A stretch of DNA of 64,000 nt from Tubiluchus corallicola (GCA_030141605.1 JAQGDQ010000635.1:1-64000); one strand, 5' to 3'. Positions 35,081-49,438 are shown, counted from the first letter of the stretch. Program-made: numbers and translations. Notes: generated by a model not told the origin, from the sequence alone.

Positions 35081-37719
35081 CATATAGGATAATCTGGCCC
35101 TGCCACCCAGTATGGTATATGGCGCGCAGCTGCCGCGTCAAGACTCTCTGTTAAATTTTGTTTACATTGCAAATTTATGCTCAGGAAGTTTCGCAAACAG
35201 TTTTAGAATGAGACACCGTAAAGAACACGCGTGTTTATTTGAAGTGGTGAAAGTGTTAAATTACGTCCGTTCATTTAGTCACTACGGATGCGGCAATAAA
35301 CACGCGCTGATTTAAATAAACCGCCATGTTGACATTCTAGCGCCGCTTGCGCTATTTTCTTTTATCATTTTGCTTTAGTTTTAGCTACGATTCGTGTTGG
35401 GAAATATTCAGCAAGCTAGCTATTTCCTTGTTTAAACGAAGACAGGATGATTTAACATACACTATACCATTTTCAAGTCCGATAAAACGTATACATTTTA
35501 ACACAACAAATACTGCAAAAGTTTTTCTGATAGTTAAATAATAGATTAAAAATGTAATTAATGGCGGGCGAGCCCAACTGTTGAAAATTATGTTAGTTTG
35601 TATGTCATCAACCGAAAACTGAACTACAGTGCTGCTGTAAGATATTCAGTGTGTAGTACTAAAACTAGTCAAGTTTTAAGATAAAAATCCAAATTTCAAA
35701 TTTATCGCTGTGCTCACGCATGAAGTGTCGAACGTATGTAGTTCGTCACAAACTGGCACATCTGAACTGAGAGGTATAGCACCTGTTTTTTGTGCAATGC
35801 GTTTCCGAAATGCAGGTGCTAGTGCCCGTCTAACTAGCAAATGGCGAAATGCATGTAACAGCGAAGAACTAGTGGCGCGAACGTGAAATTGCGTTTGTGT
35901 GGTAATAATTCTTTCACGTAAGACGTTTTTGAAAAAAAATAGTATGTTTCTTTTCAATAAAAAATAGATTGTTTTGACCTACAGTTTAAGATTGTGGCCG
36001 GTCTTGCTTTAAAGGCCAAGAAAGTATTCTTCATAAATAAGCTAAAATATTCGCGCTGACATTTTGTATCAAATACACACTAACTTATTGCAGTAACGCT
36101 TTACCAATTGGTAAAATGTCGCTGACTCACCCTCCAGGCTGCACCACTAAGTAACCAAAATTTACAAGTATTTTTAATCTTATTGACAAGATACAGTAAT
36201 TTTAAATTTTATTTTGTTAGTGACTTGTGCGCTACGAATGCTCTGATTATTTTTTCAAATTTTACAAAATGTTATCTAAACTTGTTTCAAATGACCTGTC
36301 GTGAAAAAGGCTGCGTCTAATGGTCATCGCGGGAGTTTAAATTTACATGTTTTATACAGCGTTACTGCCGATTGAAGTTCTGCACGCAAAAAGGCAGTAC
36401 GTAAGTGATATAAAATTTCAAAACTAATTTTTAAGCTTTATGTTTATGAAGGGTTCTCTTGCGCTTTAATCACTTCGGCTACGTAGGCCCTTGTGCTGGT
36501 TTCAACTTCGCGCTGCTGCATATTATAGAGAGAGCGTTGTTTGTCGTTTGCAGCTCGACTCCCACGTAACAGATAGTAAGTGTTGACTTCGCTGGTTGAA
36601 GCCATTCGCTGGTTGAAGCGACGAAGCCAACACTGGCGCTGGTCCAAAAGCGCAGGAAAGAATGTAAACAGGGTTGAAACACAGAGCAGTCGATTTACAA
36701 CAATGAGATAGTCAGAGCAATCGATTTACAACAATGAGATAGTCAGAGCTGGATTATAGACTAGTACAGGCTGCAGTGTAGTACTCCTCAAGCTTGGAGG
36801 GGTTAAAGCTTTGGTAACATTTGGAAAAAAGACGTTTTTTCTTCACAATTATATTGAAATATGTGCTAGTATGATGTGCAATAAATAGTCAAACAGTGCT
36901 ATTTCTTAAAAATATTTCTATTGACAAACAAATGATGGCTATTCTAGTGTATTTATAGAATTTGCAATAAGTTTACTTCAGGCTATGTAAGTAGAGTATA
37001 GGTGACCTTTCCATTTATGGTCTGTATGCATGAATGTGATGTACCTTCCAATAGGAACTTGAATCTCTGGTCACGTGACTCCCAGCTCAATTCTCTCAGT
37101 CATGAAAGTTTCAGTTGATCTAGAGACAGCAATGTTAAAGGACACAAAATTTCTACAGTATCATATTGCTAACTTTTATGACTGTTTGTTCAATTTTGTT
37201 ACTGAAGGGAACATTGTCTACGTTTTACAATAAAACGATTGCAAATTTCTACAGTATGACATGCTGCCAAGGCCCTAGATTGCATCTAGCAAACAGCTTG
37301 CGAGTGACGTACCGTCGAACATTTTCAAATAAAATCAAGGTCTTTTGGTAAATAAGGGTTCCAAAACATCTCCAAAGGGTTCCAGTACAGTACTCCAAAA
37401 TATCAGTGTCCGAAACTCCAAGTACAGTCCTAATTCCAGTGAGGACTACAAAAATATTACCCTGGCATCTGAAAAGTTCTAAAATGTTGCCGCCTAGGGG
37501 CTCTGTGCAGCGCAACATAACCGACATAGTAATATACTAGAAAGGTACTAAACGCCAGAAACCCATTTATTGTATATAATTAGACCTTAGTTTTGCACTT
37601 TAGTTTTTTTTAGTATGCACTGGACGCATTTGTCTTGAACAGTGTTGTTATCTTAACATTACGCTGAGGCTTACTCAATTTTATTATAATGAGTGAACCA
37701 TTTTAATGACAAATAAAGA

Positions 37720-37785
<66 letters not shown>

Positions 37786-39155
37786 CTATATAAAAAATAC
37801 CAGATATCAAAACCAAAAAACTGCTGTGGGTTTAAGTATATTTATTAAAGGATGTGACAGCTTAAAAATAAAGTTACAGTAGCTTGTGGAACATTAATTT
37901 TCTATAGGAAAAAGCTATAATAAACTTAACTATCCATCTTGGATAATACCATTAATTAGTATGTTTTAAATACAGTACAGATCGTAATCCCTGTATAAAT
38001 GGGTTGTCACTTTGCCGTAAGAAGTGGTCAAATCTCTACTAAAACGCCCCAGGCGAACTTATTGAATACCTACATAGTTTGGGGGTAAAAACATTTGTAT
38101 GAACAGAAAATATAGGTCGACTTTTCTTGCTTTTATAGCACACCAAAGGCGGATCCAGGAATGGGTTGCAACTAATCACATAAATACGTTTAAATCATTC
38201 AAATAATTGCATAAAATTTTCACTACTAATTAAAAAACGAAATGTCCTAATAACGAATCCTAATTTAACGAGTAGACACATTATAAGACTGATCAAGGTA
38301 TAGAAATACCGACAAACACCTTGAACACAGATACAGTCCTCGGAATAAGCATTACATCAAAGGCGGATTCAAGAATTCGAGGGAGAATCCAGACCGTGGG
38401 GGTGTAGCTTGTGCATTGCGGTTTGCGTATAAGTTGCTAAGTATCTAATGCGGTATCCAAGTTGCTTTTGAGTGAGTCATTAGCTGCCGGGCTAGAATCG
38501 GTTTGTACGTCCGGGAAGCATTAATTATTCAAAGCAGAAGCTCAATAGAGCAACATGGGTTACAGTCTACGTATTGTAAGGCATTGTATTAAATCTTTAA
38601 TTACACTTTATAACAGACAAAAGCAAATTGTGGTTCAAGCTTAAAAGAAAGGACGAGTCACTTAGCTTGTATGGTTTATCTTACTGCTATTTCTTAGACT
38701 AAACAATATGACAAAGAAATTTGAAAAAAACCGTCTATAAAGTGTAATTTAAATTTACAATTTTCATGCACAATGGCAGCCGTAATTCACTTGAAACTTC
38801 TGACGTAAATGGTTTAATTTTACTGTTATCACTTGAACTTCATAAAATATAACAAAGAAATTTGCAAGAAATGTCTACAAAGCATGAAGTTAATTTATAC
38901 TACCGCAGTATAAAAAATTTCAGGCGCGGTAATAGTCGCCATTCACTTGAAAATCATGACGTAAATGGTGGACTTCGTGACTTTTGCTAAGCGCATCTTC
39001 GCTTCCCATGAGCCTGTGCTGCTTAAGCTAATTCAAACTTTTGTAGCTTACCTAGAAAGTTCATGTAAAATATCACAAAATTAACTCCCTAATTTTACAA
39101 AAAAACTTATACTTCTGACGAAAATTTCGGTGCGCTGTTTTTTTCAGTCGACGAA

Positions 39156-39560
39156 CGACGTCATTGGTGGAAGAATGGAAAGTTATTTTACCCGACGTCA
39201 TTGGTGGAAGAATGGAAAGTTATTTTACACGACGTCATTGGTGGAAGAATGGAAAGTTATTTTACCCGACGTCATTGGTGGAAGAATGGAAAGTTATTTT
39301 ACACGACGTCATTGGTGGAAGAATGGAAAGTTATTTTACACGACGTCATTGGTGGAAGAATGGAAAGTTATTTTACCCGACGTCATTGGTGGAAGAACGG
39401 AAAGTTATTTTACGTGATGTCATTGGTGGAAGAATGGAAAGTTATTTTACCCGACGTCATTGGTGGAAGAATGGAAAGTTATTTTACACGACGTCATTGG
39501 TGGAAGAATGGAATGTTATTTTACCCGACGTCATTGGTGGAAGAACGGAAAGTTACTTTA
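39156..39560. repeat. Minisatellite, ~11 x 37 bp, inside a dispersed repeat
   Basis: Unit CGACGTCATTGGTGGAAGAATGGAAAGTTATTTTAC(C/A); surrounding ~38650-39580 resembles ~20715-21175 in inverted orientation. Confidence 0.92.
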
Positions 39561-41244
39561 CAAATTACACGAGGCGCTAATCACACTAATCACGCTATGC
39601 AAATGTGGCTACAATGTGGCACGAGTAAAAATATCCAAGACGGGTGCAGGCGAGTTCGAGGGTGGCTCCGTCTGAGGGGGCCAAAAATGTGATTAGTCGA
39701 GGGGCCCCGAAAGGTGTTAATCTGGCTCAACACACAACTAAAAAAACCACTCAGCTCAAACTTTATTAATGATTACGTGCTGCAGGCAATGCAATTTGTA
39801 TTTCAACTACAGTGAGTGAGTTCTTGGAACAAAGCAGACACTGAAATGGCAAATACTCTAGCAGACACTGAAATGGCAAATACGCTAGCAGACACTGAAA
39901 TGGCAAATAGGCTAGTATAATGTACTAATTTGTTCTTAAAAAAGCTAAAATGTCACTTATTGCAGTTGCTGTATTTGCAATATACCTGCTGTACAGTCTC
40001 ACCTTAATGCAACCTAGTTAAGAAATGGTGAACTATAATGTAAGTAAGTAAGTCATTTATTTATCACCTTTTGCACTAAATACAGGACATATAACAACAA
40101 CATAATTTACTATGAGGGTATTAGGACTGATATGACAATATATTTTACAAACTGTATAAAAAAGATTAAGCAGCTTATGACCAATAATAGACCTCCACAA
40201 AATGTGCCTAAAAGCCTACACTATTATATAAGTTAACTTATAAAATAGCAACAAACAGCAAAACTCAGAAAAAGCAGTTCAGTGTTCCGTGGAGGCAATG
40301 GATGCACCTAAATCTTTTAAACAAGTACTTGCATCTGGCTTTTAATATTGTTAAACTATAACACAGTGACGCAGTGTTTAAATAAAACGTGAAAATATGC
40401 CTCGCTTACGTCACATGTTTACTGTTTATCCACATCACAAAACTGTTACTATGCATATCTTACTTCATCTAACGCCGATATAAAAAAAATCCTCAAGACG
40501 TAACTTCTTGCTAAGACGTTAATTACAGCCGTGTCAGCAACATTAAACCGAAAGTAATTGACGAATTCCACATTCCGATGACGCACCGCAAATCAGCATT
40601 TCAAGTGATAGCGGTGTTGTTTACCAAGACATGACTGGTATCACCAAACCTCCAGAAAATTCGAGAAGGCTCAGCGAAGGAATGGACACTAATTATTACC
40701 GAGTTCCAGACATGGTTAGACTAAGAAGCCATGTGTGAACTGGCACTTGAAATCTTAGAAACCCGCAAGCCTGGTTTGTGCTAACTGGCTTCGTGCTGCC
40801 TGGCGAGACGATTTCGGTCGGATTAGTTATATTTCAGGTACCCCGGTCACGAAGCCACTTGATTTACAAATGTGGTTACTGGTCAAGATTTTACTAGCCC
40901 GAAATGCAAGGATCATGGTTGAAAACGGGTGCCTGTCACAGTGTAAACACTATTCATGCCAGCTAAACCCAATGTGGCCCGCAACAAAATTTAATAAAAG
41001 AGTTATTCGTTAACAAATAAACAAAATTATTACATTTGTCACAATTGTACACAAAATTATTACATTTGTCACAATTGTACATATGTAAATTATTACACAC
41101 ATGCAAAGTACATTGTACTACTAATTTATTAAAGCGATGTGCAGCTGCTACTCCCTACAATTTTACACTGCTTATACCGCAATCTGTGCAGAACTGAGTT
41201 ACGTGACAGCAAAGCCTACTATACATAAAATATCACTACTCAAT

Positions 41245-41640
41245 TAGCACGTAAACATTACTCAACTTGCACAAAAACCATTACTCCACTTGCACGTAGA
41301 ATATTACTCAATTTGTATGTAAACTTTACTCAATTTGCACGTGAACATTACTCAACTTGCACGTAAACATTACTCAACATGCATGTAAAACATTACTCCT
41401 GTAGCACGTAAACATTACTCAACTTGCACAAAAACCATTACTCCACTTGCACGTAGAATATTACTCAATTTGTATGTAAACTTTACTCAACTTGCACGTA
41501 AAACATTACTCCAACTTGCACAAAAACCATTATTCCAGTTGCACGTAGAATATTACTCAATTTGCACGTAAACTTTACTCAACTTGCACGTAAAACATTA
41601 CTCCACTTGCACATAAAACATTACTCAATTTGAACATATC
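41245..41640. repeat. Degenerate ~20-22 bp tandem repeat (ACATTACTCAACTTGCACGTAA)
   Basis: Read directly from sequence. Confidence 0.85.
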
Positions 41641-42194
41641 ATTATTACTCCGCTTGCGCATAAACAGTCTTACATTACCACTTTGAATTTTTTCTCTTAT
41701 TTCACAGACTAACGTTAAAATGAGTGCTGAGTACTAACTGCTTGCCAAACTGCGACCTACTTTAATGTTAAAGTCGTCCATTATGTACAAAAAGATACTG
41801 CAGCTAAATTCACCAAGAACGTGCTAAATAACTATCCTTACCGTAAGTCACAATCACACCTCATAGCGCATACTTCTTGCTGTACAAGTATCAACTTCCT
41901 GCTTTGACAACATTCAAAACGTCTATCACAAGTGACTAAACTATTGAGTATACCAGCTACGTCAAACTACAGGTACACGTGTGATCAATGGCTCTCATCC
42001 AATGTAATTAAACATCTTAATCGTAACCTACATTCACAGATCTGAAGGGAATCGTTTACACACTCAAACGTTGTTATAAGAATACATAACGGCGCATTGA
42101 TAACTCGGCACGCACAACCTTGGCTCATGTGATATCTTTACTGAAAAACCTTGCGACGATAGACAGATGCACACCCAAATAACGTTTGCCGTCC

Positions 42195-42240
42195 GCAGCC
42201 AATCAGCGCTCAGTGACAGCCGTGGGGTAGCCAATCGCGT
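42195..42240 (+). promoter_or_regulatory. Paired CCAAT boxes, possible promoter
   Basis: AGCCAATCAG (~42197) and AGCCAATCGC (~42229), 32 bp apart in a GC-richer patch; NRF1-like GCGCATGCG at ~42605. No linked gene established. Confidence 0.3.
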
Positions 42241-44233
42241 TACGGAGCGCTCACACACCCACAGTGCATGCTATCACATGATTAATGTTTATCTGAACTA
42301 TGCGATTTCGTCAATAGGAGTGACCTAAAAAGATTGGTCAAAACTCGTGCGATAAGGTCTTGTTGTTCCACAACTAGATGCCAGTAATTAAGTCATTAAA
42401 GTCATTAAAACCGCATTAAATTTAGACGGTAACATGCTAGAACAATTGACTTAATTGTCTTTGCGTTATGCCTCTTTTATGCGTGCTTGCATAAAAATTA
42501 TTTTAATGTTATTTTGATTTATCTATGTCCCACTGTCTGCGACCATAAATTTACACAAAACATTGAGTTACAGCTTTCCTGCTTTTTTGAGTAGTCACGT
42601 TTTCGCGCATGCGTAATGCGAGGGTTAAAAATACAATTGTACAACACCAACATCACTTGCAAACCTGTCCAGTATGGGCAAGCAGCCAACAGCATTCGGA
42701 TAGAAAAACCGTTGTAAAGAGATCGTCGGGGGGTCAAAATTAGTACGCTGAGGACAAGCTGGTCGGGTTGCCTTGGCCTAGTTGTGTGAATGTTGACTAA
42801 GTTTGAGCTGTGCTAATATTGTGGCATAGAGCTATAACGACGCAGACTCCTATCCGTAATATAATACATACATAAAATACTTTGTGTATGTGTTTGTGTT
42901 TGTGTTGATAATAATAATGTCAACACATTATAGAGGCCTAGTAAGAACTTTGTTAATATTCAGGATCTGAGGTGACCATTGAAGGTGACTCTAATTACCC
43001 TAGTAAGTCATAAGTCATTTATTTCACCTTACACATTTACAATGATTACATATACAATATCTACAGAAAAAGCCTCAAGCACTGTTCACTTACACACGAA
43101 GGTAAATGTGTTGCGGGCAATACACACGAAGGTAAATGTGTTGGGGGCAATCAAAAAGCAGGGCTTGTTAGATTGTCCCACACAGTGATAGAAAAAAAAG
43201 TAATGGAGATAATCTGAAAATTTAAAGTGAATCGTGATAAAAAAACGTTAGTGCTTAAAATGGAATGATGTAAAGAATGAAATTCATATATGGAATGATA
43301 TAAAAGATAGAAAGACTATTATTTTTTAATAGTATGTAAAATTAAAATAACTTGAATAAGCTAACACCACTGTTTTGCTTCTAGGTTAACATTCCTTGAT
43401 GGAGAAGATAGCGAAGTTCATGACATCAAAGCTGCTACCGTATAATACATCAATGTTAAAGTTGTGACATTCATTTAAAATTCTACGTGAAAAACTGTAA
43501 ATGTTATTTATTATTCGATATTTCAAAGATAGTCGCGGAATAAATTCAGAGTCGCCAACTGGACTTATTCGGCTTAGACTTAGACATCAATAACTTGACT
43601 TGCAACACAACATAAAGACTTTTTATGACGTCTGCGTATACTTAACTGCTTTAGCTTGTTGTTTTTCTACTGTTAAAAAACATTGAATAAGCATAATCTA
43701 GATGTTAATTATGTAAATATAAACAAAAGGTTTGCCTCTCGTGCTACCACTGAAATTTGCATGCAGTGCCCATACTCTCTTTGTTCACAACTAAATATTC
43801 GACTTAGGGTCCACATAGGTTGTGATTTTGCACATATCTCTACAAAATATTTGTGTTTTCATTCAGAATGAGCAGAAACAAACGTCCTATGTACGTGTAT
43901 ATTAAGAAAATACATTTTATGACATACCATTTTTTATTCGTACTGGTGGTACAATCACATCAAATATTTCATATTTTATTGGGTAATTACAGTTACAATT
44001 ACAATTCACATAATACACGCACTGATTGCAAAGATATAATTACATACATATATAACGCTATAAACTCATATACTAAGAATACAATATTACAAGACAAATT
44101 CAATAATTTAAACTAAAGACAGAACATCAAACTTTGCTGTATAAACCCAATGATACAACATAAAAATACGTAAACACAAATTTAACGTAGTTGCATACAC
44201 TTATAGTATATAATTTAGATAAGTGATATTAGT

Positions 44234-44276
<43 letters not shown>

Positions 44277-47200
44277 TAGATATATAGTTCGTTTTTTTAT
44301 TATAATTACGTCCTAGAACTGAAACATTTTAAAACAAAATTACAAGCAATTTGGAGAATTTTAGAATCGTTTCAGCCTAATAATAATTTGAGCCAAATAA
44401 ACAAATAGACCAACCTGTCCTACCGCAGTACAGGGTGGTGCATAAGTTAAATTTTTGTTAGGGGTGCAAAAGCAACAGGTAACGGAGCAGTTCATTAGAT
44501 CAAAACATTCCTGGAACAATTTCAAATCGATCATGGCCTCGGACGTCTCACACAGACTGCGGTCTTGAGGGATATGACTGGAGCAGTAATTGGGAGAACT
44601 CAAGATCTTCCAAAGCCCTGGAAAATGTGGGATGAATTTCGTCGATTGAACTGAATTGTACGGGCACCAACCCGGCAGACACACAGGAACTATCTCAAAG
44701 GATAAAGTGGTCTCTTAGATGAATCAAGAACACGAAATTTATCAGTATTTAAGTGATAAATTTCTGACACATTTGCAAGATGTGTTGGAGAGCCTTGAGC
44801 TCTGCCGTTGCTGTTTCAATCTTACCACCAAAGATTCCTGGCTGTGCAAGGCACTGGAAGCTTATACACATGGTAGATTCACAACTGTTTCAGCGATATT
44901 TTGGTGTAATAAACTCTTCTGTTATTGGTTACTTTGCCCCCCCCCTCCCCCTGCTGGTGTCTTTTGTACAAGTAGCAAAAACGTATATATACCACCTTGT
45001 GTAGAAAAGTGAAAAGCATTAGACATTTATGATATGATATGAATATCTGGATATAATCACTTGAGAAAAATATGGAAATAATGAAATTTAAACAAAACCG
45101 GACCCAGTCTTAAACTGTAGGTCTTCTACTGTAAACTATTCTTTAAAATATTGAAAAGAAACATTTTTACTATTTTTTAAAGAATGAATATAAAATGTCG
45201 AGAATATTTTAGCTTATTTATGAAGAATACTTTCTTGTCCTTTAAAGCAAGACCGGACCCAATCTTAAACTGAAGGTCAAAACAATCTGCTCTTCAAACT
45301 ATTGAAAAGAAACATACTATTTTTTTCAAAAATATCTTACGTGAAAGAATTATTACCACACAAACGCAATTTCACGTTCGCGTCACTAGTTCTTCGCTGT
45401 TACGTGCATTTCGCCATTCGCTAGTTAGACGGGCACTAGCGTCTGCATTTTGGAAACGCATTGCACAAAAAACAGGTGCTATACCTCTCAGTTCAGTTGT
45501 GTCAATTTGTGACGAACTACACACGTTCGACAATTCATGCGTAAGCACAGCGATAAATTTGAAATTTTATCTTAAAACTTGCCTAGTTTTAGTACAACAC
45601 ACTGAATAGCTTACAGTAGCACTGTACTTCAATTTTCGCTTTCGCAAACACGTGCAACACGCTAGTGGAATATTTTTGCTGTTGAAAATTATGTTAGTTT
45701 GTGATGTCATCAATAGTTGGGCTCGCCCGCCATTAATTAAGTTTTTAATCTATTATTTAATTATCAGAAACGCGTTTGTAGCATTAATTGTGTTAAAAGG
45801 TACTTTTCTGTCGGATTTGAAAATGGGGTATTATGCGAAAAATCATTGTCTTCCTTTAATAATGCGACTGCTTTGATCGTCTTAAACCTGTCAACCGTTA
45901 AGTACAACAATTTTGTTAACTTATTACATGTCTTGTCTTCTAGAGCAACAAACGGCAACAACAACTACCACAACTCTACTGGGACAGTGTCGCCACCTAC
46001 AAAGATAAGTATTGAACTAATAAAGGCGGTGCAACTTGTACGAGGCCGTACAATTTTGTTAATTAGCAGCGAATGTTGTAACGTTTACAAGTTTTACTTT
46101 TATATTCTCTCCACTTTTTGTGATACATTTCGGTTATTTTAATTGCGTGATTCGTGATTATGTGCACAATTATACACATGTAATATTACTGAAATTGTGA
46201 AATAAAAATATAAATGAACTAACATTTATTTTGTAATACTAAAATAGGTAGATAGATATTTGATGCTGTTTCTTTTCAGCTCTTGTTGCTGCTGATGCGC
46301 ATATTTCTACAAAATTTTTGAAAGTGAAAACTTATTAGCTTTCGTAAGTTTTTCTCACGTTACAGCAGTACGTGTTTTTCATGTAACCATATGGAAGGGT
46401 TATAATGAAAGGTTTAACTGGTACCTCTTTGAGAATGAACTGTTCAAAAATTAATTTGATTCATTTGTACGCGACATCACAGATAGGATACAGGATAGGA
46501 TTTGTGCATCACAGGATAGGTATAAATTTACCAATTCATTAACACTACTTAGTCTCTAATTATATAAAATCAATGCTGCTTTAATTTGCACACATTTAAA
46601 TTTTGTACACAAATTTGCACGTGTCAACTTAATGACTGACAGTGTGGCTTGCAGACAGTGTTGTGTACATCTACAAAAGAAACAACATTACAATTGTTAC
46701 AAAATCATTACAACTTCAGGTCGAATTAATTACGCTTAATAGTTGATAAAAAAATTAAAACTAAACCCAACCGTCTACGCCTGCTTGCTCAACGAAAGTA
46801 TGTTATGGATGCCAATCAATACATATTTTTAATGGTTTTGCAAATGACAATACTGTAGTGTGGTTTCTTGATTTGATTCTTCAGTAAATCACAATAGTTT
46901 GATTTTTTACAACGTCTTGGATGAATCATCTAATTGTAAATAATGCAAATAAGTGTCTGTTGAACACTTTTTGTTGCACTGCCCATTGTATCAATAAACT
47001 AGGGTTGTTATGTTTGATAAATTAAATGAAATACTTCTGCCTGAAAACCTTAATATAGCTGCCTTAGGAAATAATGATCTGTTGAAGTTGTTATTATTCG
47101 GAAAAGATGAATTTAACTATGTTGCTAACTGCAAAATATTCCAATGCATACATGACTTTATATTACGTACTAAACACTTCCAGTAGTTTCTATCTGACAT

Positions 47201-48232
47201 GAAATGCATCAGTCTTAAATATTCGTACATTAATATTTTCTAACCGTCATTTTCTACTAATGTCTAATGTAATCTTGTAGTAAAACTTGTCAGCTTGTGT
47301 AGTTATAGTCTATTCTTAATGTAAATGTTCTTGTAAATAGTGTATAAAGTGTGTTGTGGTGAGGATCCTAAATCATGTTGTTCAAACTGTCTGATCCAAT
47401 CCTATAATAAACTATGTTTAAACTAAACTAAACTAAATAATGCAACTATGATTACTTGTAAGGAAGCCAAGCAATTGCACAGTCAGGCACAAGGCAATAA
47501 TAATGAAGATTTTAATCAGTTACTTTGGGACGGCAAAAAATGATACCATAACGATATTCCTAAAGTAATATCAACATGATAACGAGATAGACAAATTTTT
47601 TTATTCGATATGATAATCAATAATTACTGACATAATAATTATCCATACATATTGTTGCTGTTAGCATCTCTAGTACAATTTTGCATTTTCTAAGAAAAAC
47701 TGTCAAATTGAAAATATGTGTTAATTACTGGTGGGTCCACTGTAAAGTTAAGTCTTAATTTCACTACATGATATCACTACGATATTCCTAAAGTAATATC
47801 AACAGGTAACGATAAAGACAAATTTTTTGATTTCATATGATAATTGATAATTACTGACATGATAATTATCGATACATATCGTTACCGTTAACATCCCTAG
47901 TACAATTTTGCATTTTTTAATGTAAAACTGTCAAATTGAAAATATGTGTTCATTACTGGTGGGTCCGCTCTAAAGCTAAGTCTCAATTTCACTACATGAC
48001 ATACACGAACACATCACATACACACATTATAAAGTTTATGAAATCTTATCTCATGCAATATGCAACCTAATAATGCAAAATAGAGCAGTCCTCTTCTGGC
48101 CAGTATGGCTATCAAGAAGCCCTGTACTATAAATTCATGCATGGTTAAATGGCTTCACTACCACGACTACCTGAAAACATTGTACGAGAGTGACTAACGA
48201 AAATTATACAAAGGCGTACAAATTATCTGAAA

Positions 48233-48931
48233 TCAGATGACAGCAGGTCGCAGACTGTCCAAGAAATCAGACAATGTGCTCTTCTTTGACATCTGAAGAC
48301 TGGATTTGAGTTTTTCACGAACAACCGAAGCACTGTCCACTGGCGGTTGCACTTTACGTTTCCGTTTCCGTTTTGGCTTACCACCGACCGTTTCCTTCTG
48401 CTCAGATTCTTTAACTAGTTTTCCAGTCTCCGACGCTGAATTGTCCAATTGTGATTTTAAAAGTACAGAAAATGGATTACTCCTTTTTACTGTCTTTGTA
48501 CCCATGAAAGAATTTCTAGCTAGAACTCCTTTAGCGCTGTCACAGACATGTTTACTCTTTTTATTGCAGCTGACACACTTGATCACAACACACATTTTTT
48601 CGTTAAAGTTCAACAGTTTCTTTTCTTTTTCCGAGAGTTGCCTTCCTCTTTTCGCCCTCCTTCTCAAACGCCGAGTTTTTCCGGGTAACCTCTTACACCT
48701 TTTCACAGAGAGTTTGCTGTTGTATCCGTCCCACATTGTTCCACAGTGCGGACAAACATGAGCTACAAAACCAGCCGGAAAGCTTACAGGTCCCTCGGAT
48801 TCCGCATCTACTTGGAATCGGGAGCGAAGGTAGCTAGATTGCTCTGGAGCAATTTGTTTATAATATTCTGCAGCTCTCCATAGATGGCGCTGTCTTTTAT
48901 CATTAGTCAAAGAGCCAGTTGTCTCAGCCAT
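48233..48931 (-). CDS. RMP24: C18orf21/UPF0711 homolog (RNase MRP subunit RMP24; Rpr2/Rpp21/Snm1-type zinc ribbon)
   Basis: Intronless ORF; RHLWRAA..PEQSSYL N-terminal helix, CPHC...CVSC zinc ribbon, basic linker, NLS-like KPKRKRKRK, C-terminal LSDFLDSL. In-frame ATGs at 48943 and 48931. Confidence 0.78.
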   Translation of the reverse strand: MAETTGSLTNDKRQRHLWRAAEYYKQIAPEQSSYLRSRFQVDAESEGPVSFPAGFVAHVCPHCGTMWDGYNSKLSVKRCKRLPGKTRRLRRRAKRGRQLSEKEKKLLNFNEKMCVVIKCVSCNKKSKHVCDSAKGVLARNSFMGTKTVKRSNPFSVLLKSQLDNSASETGKLVKESEQKETVGGKPKRKRKRKVQPPVDSASVVREKLKSSLQMSKKSTLSDFLDSLRPAVI

Positions 48932-48988
48932 GATCAACCGCATGTCTACTACTTTCACACATTAGCTAGAAAAAAGAAAGAATGATAT

Positions 48989-49345
48989 TCACTTAGTGAG
49001 CACTGAAAGTTCATCAATAATTCTCTGCTCGATTAAAGGTAATATCTTGCTGTCACTGGGTAGGTTACAACTCACAAAAACTTGGCATTTTATTCTTGTT
49101 GACAGTCTTTCTGCTAGTTTACTCGATTCTGTGTGGCAAATGTCTCCCATAAGTTGGGACACTATGGTCTCGTTTTTCGAATCACAAAACATGGCAACGG
49201 ACATGTTTTTCATCACTGCTTCTTCGCCAAACCACACCATGAAACTCTGCACAAACTGATAAATGATAAACTGAACTTCAGTATCACCAAACTTGGCTGT
49301 AAATGTGTGTACTTTTATAGTACCATCTTTCTCATTTGTTGCCAT
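48989..49345 (-). CDS. PSMG4: Proteasome assembly chaperone 4
   Basis: 118 aa, intronless; VHTF...VQF...SFMVW.G...NMSVAM...S.LMG...S..LAERLS.R...QVFVSCNL...LIEQRI is the PAC4 pattern. Confidence 0.9.
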   Translation of the reverse strand: MATNEKDGTIKVHTFTAKFGDTEVQFIIYQFVQSFMVWFGEEAVMKNMSVAMFCDSKNETIVSQLMGDICHTESSKLAERLSTRIKCQVFVSCNLPSDSKILPLIEQRIIDELSVLTK

Positions 49346-49438
49346 GCTTAATAGATTATTGAGATAAAAACGTCTAGCCTAGAGAGACCACACAAACAAA
49401 CTAGTTGCAATATATTCAATATAAATGCACAATATATG

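Larger units (their letters stand above)
32981..35102. mobile_element. Outer hAT-type MITE of a nested stack
   Basis: CAGGGCCGAATTAT/ATAATCTGGCCCTG ends; perfect TSD CCACCCAG. Confidence 0.88.

Noticed and set aside
39130-39692. Overlapping repetitive ORFs in all three + frames
   Set aside because: Artefact of a 37-bp repeat unit that lacks stops in those frames.
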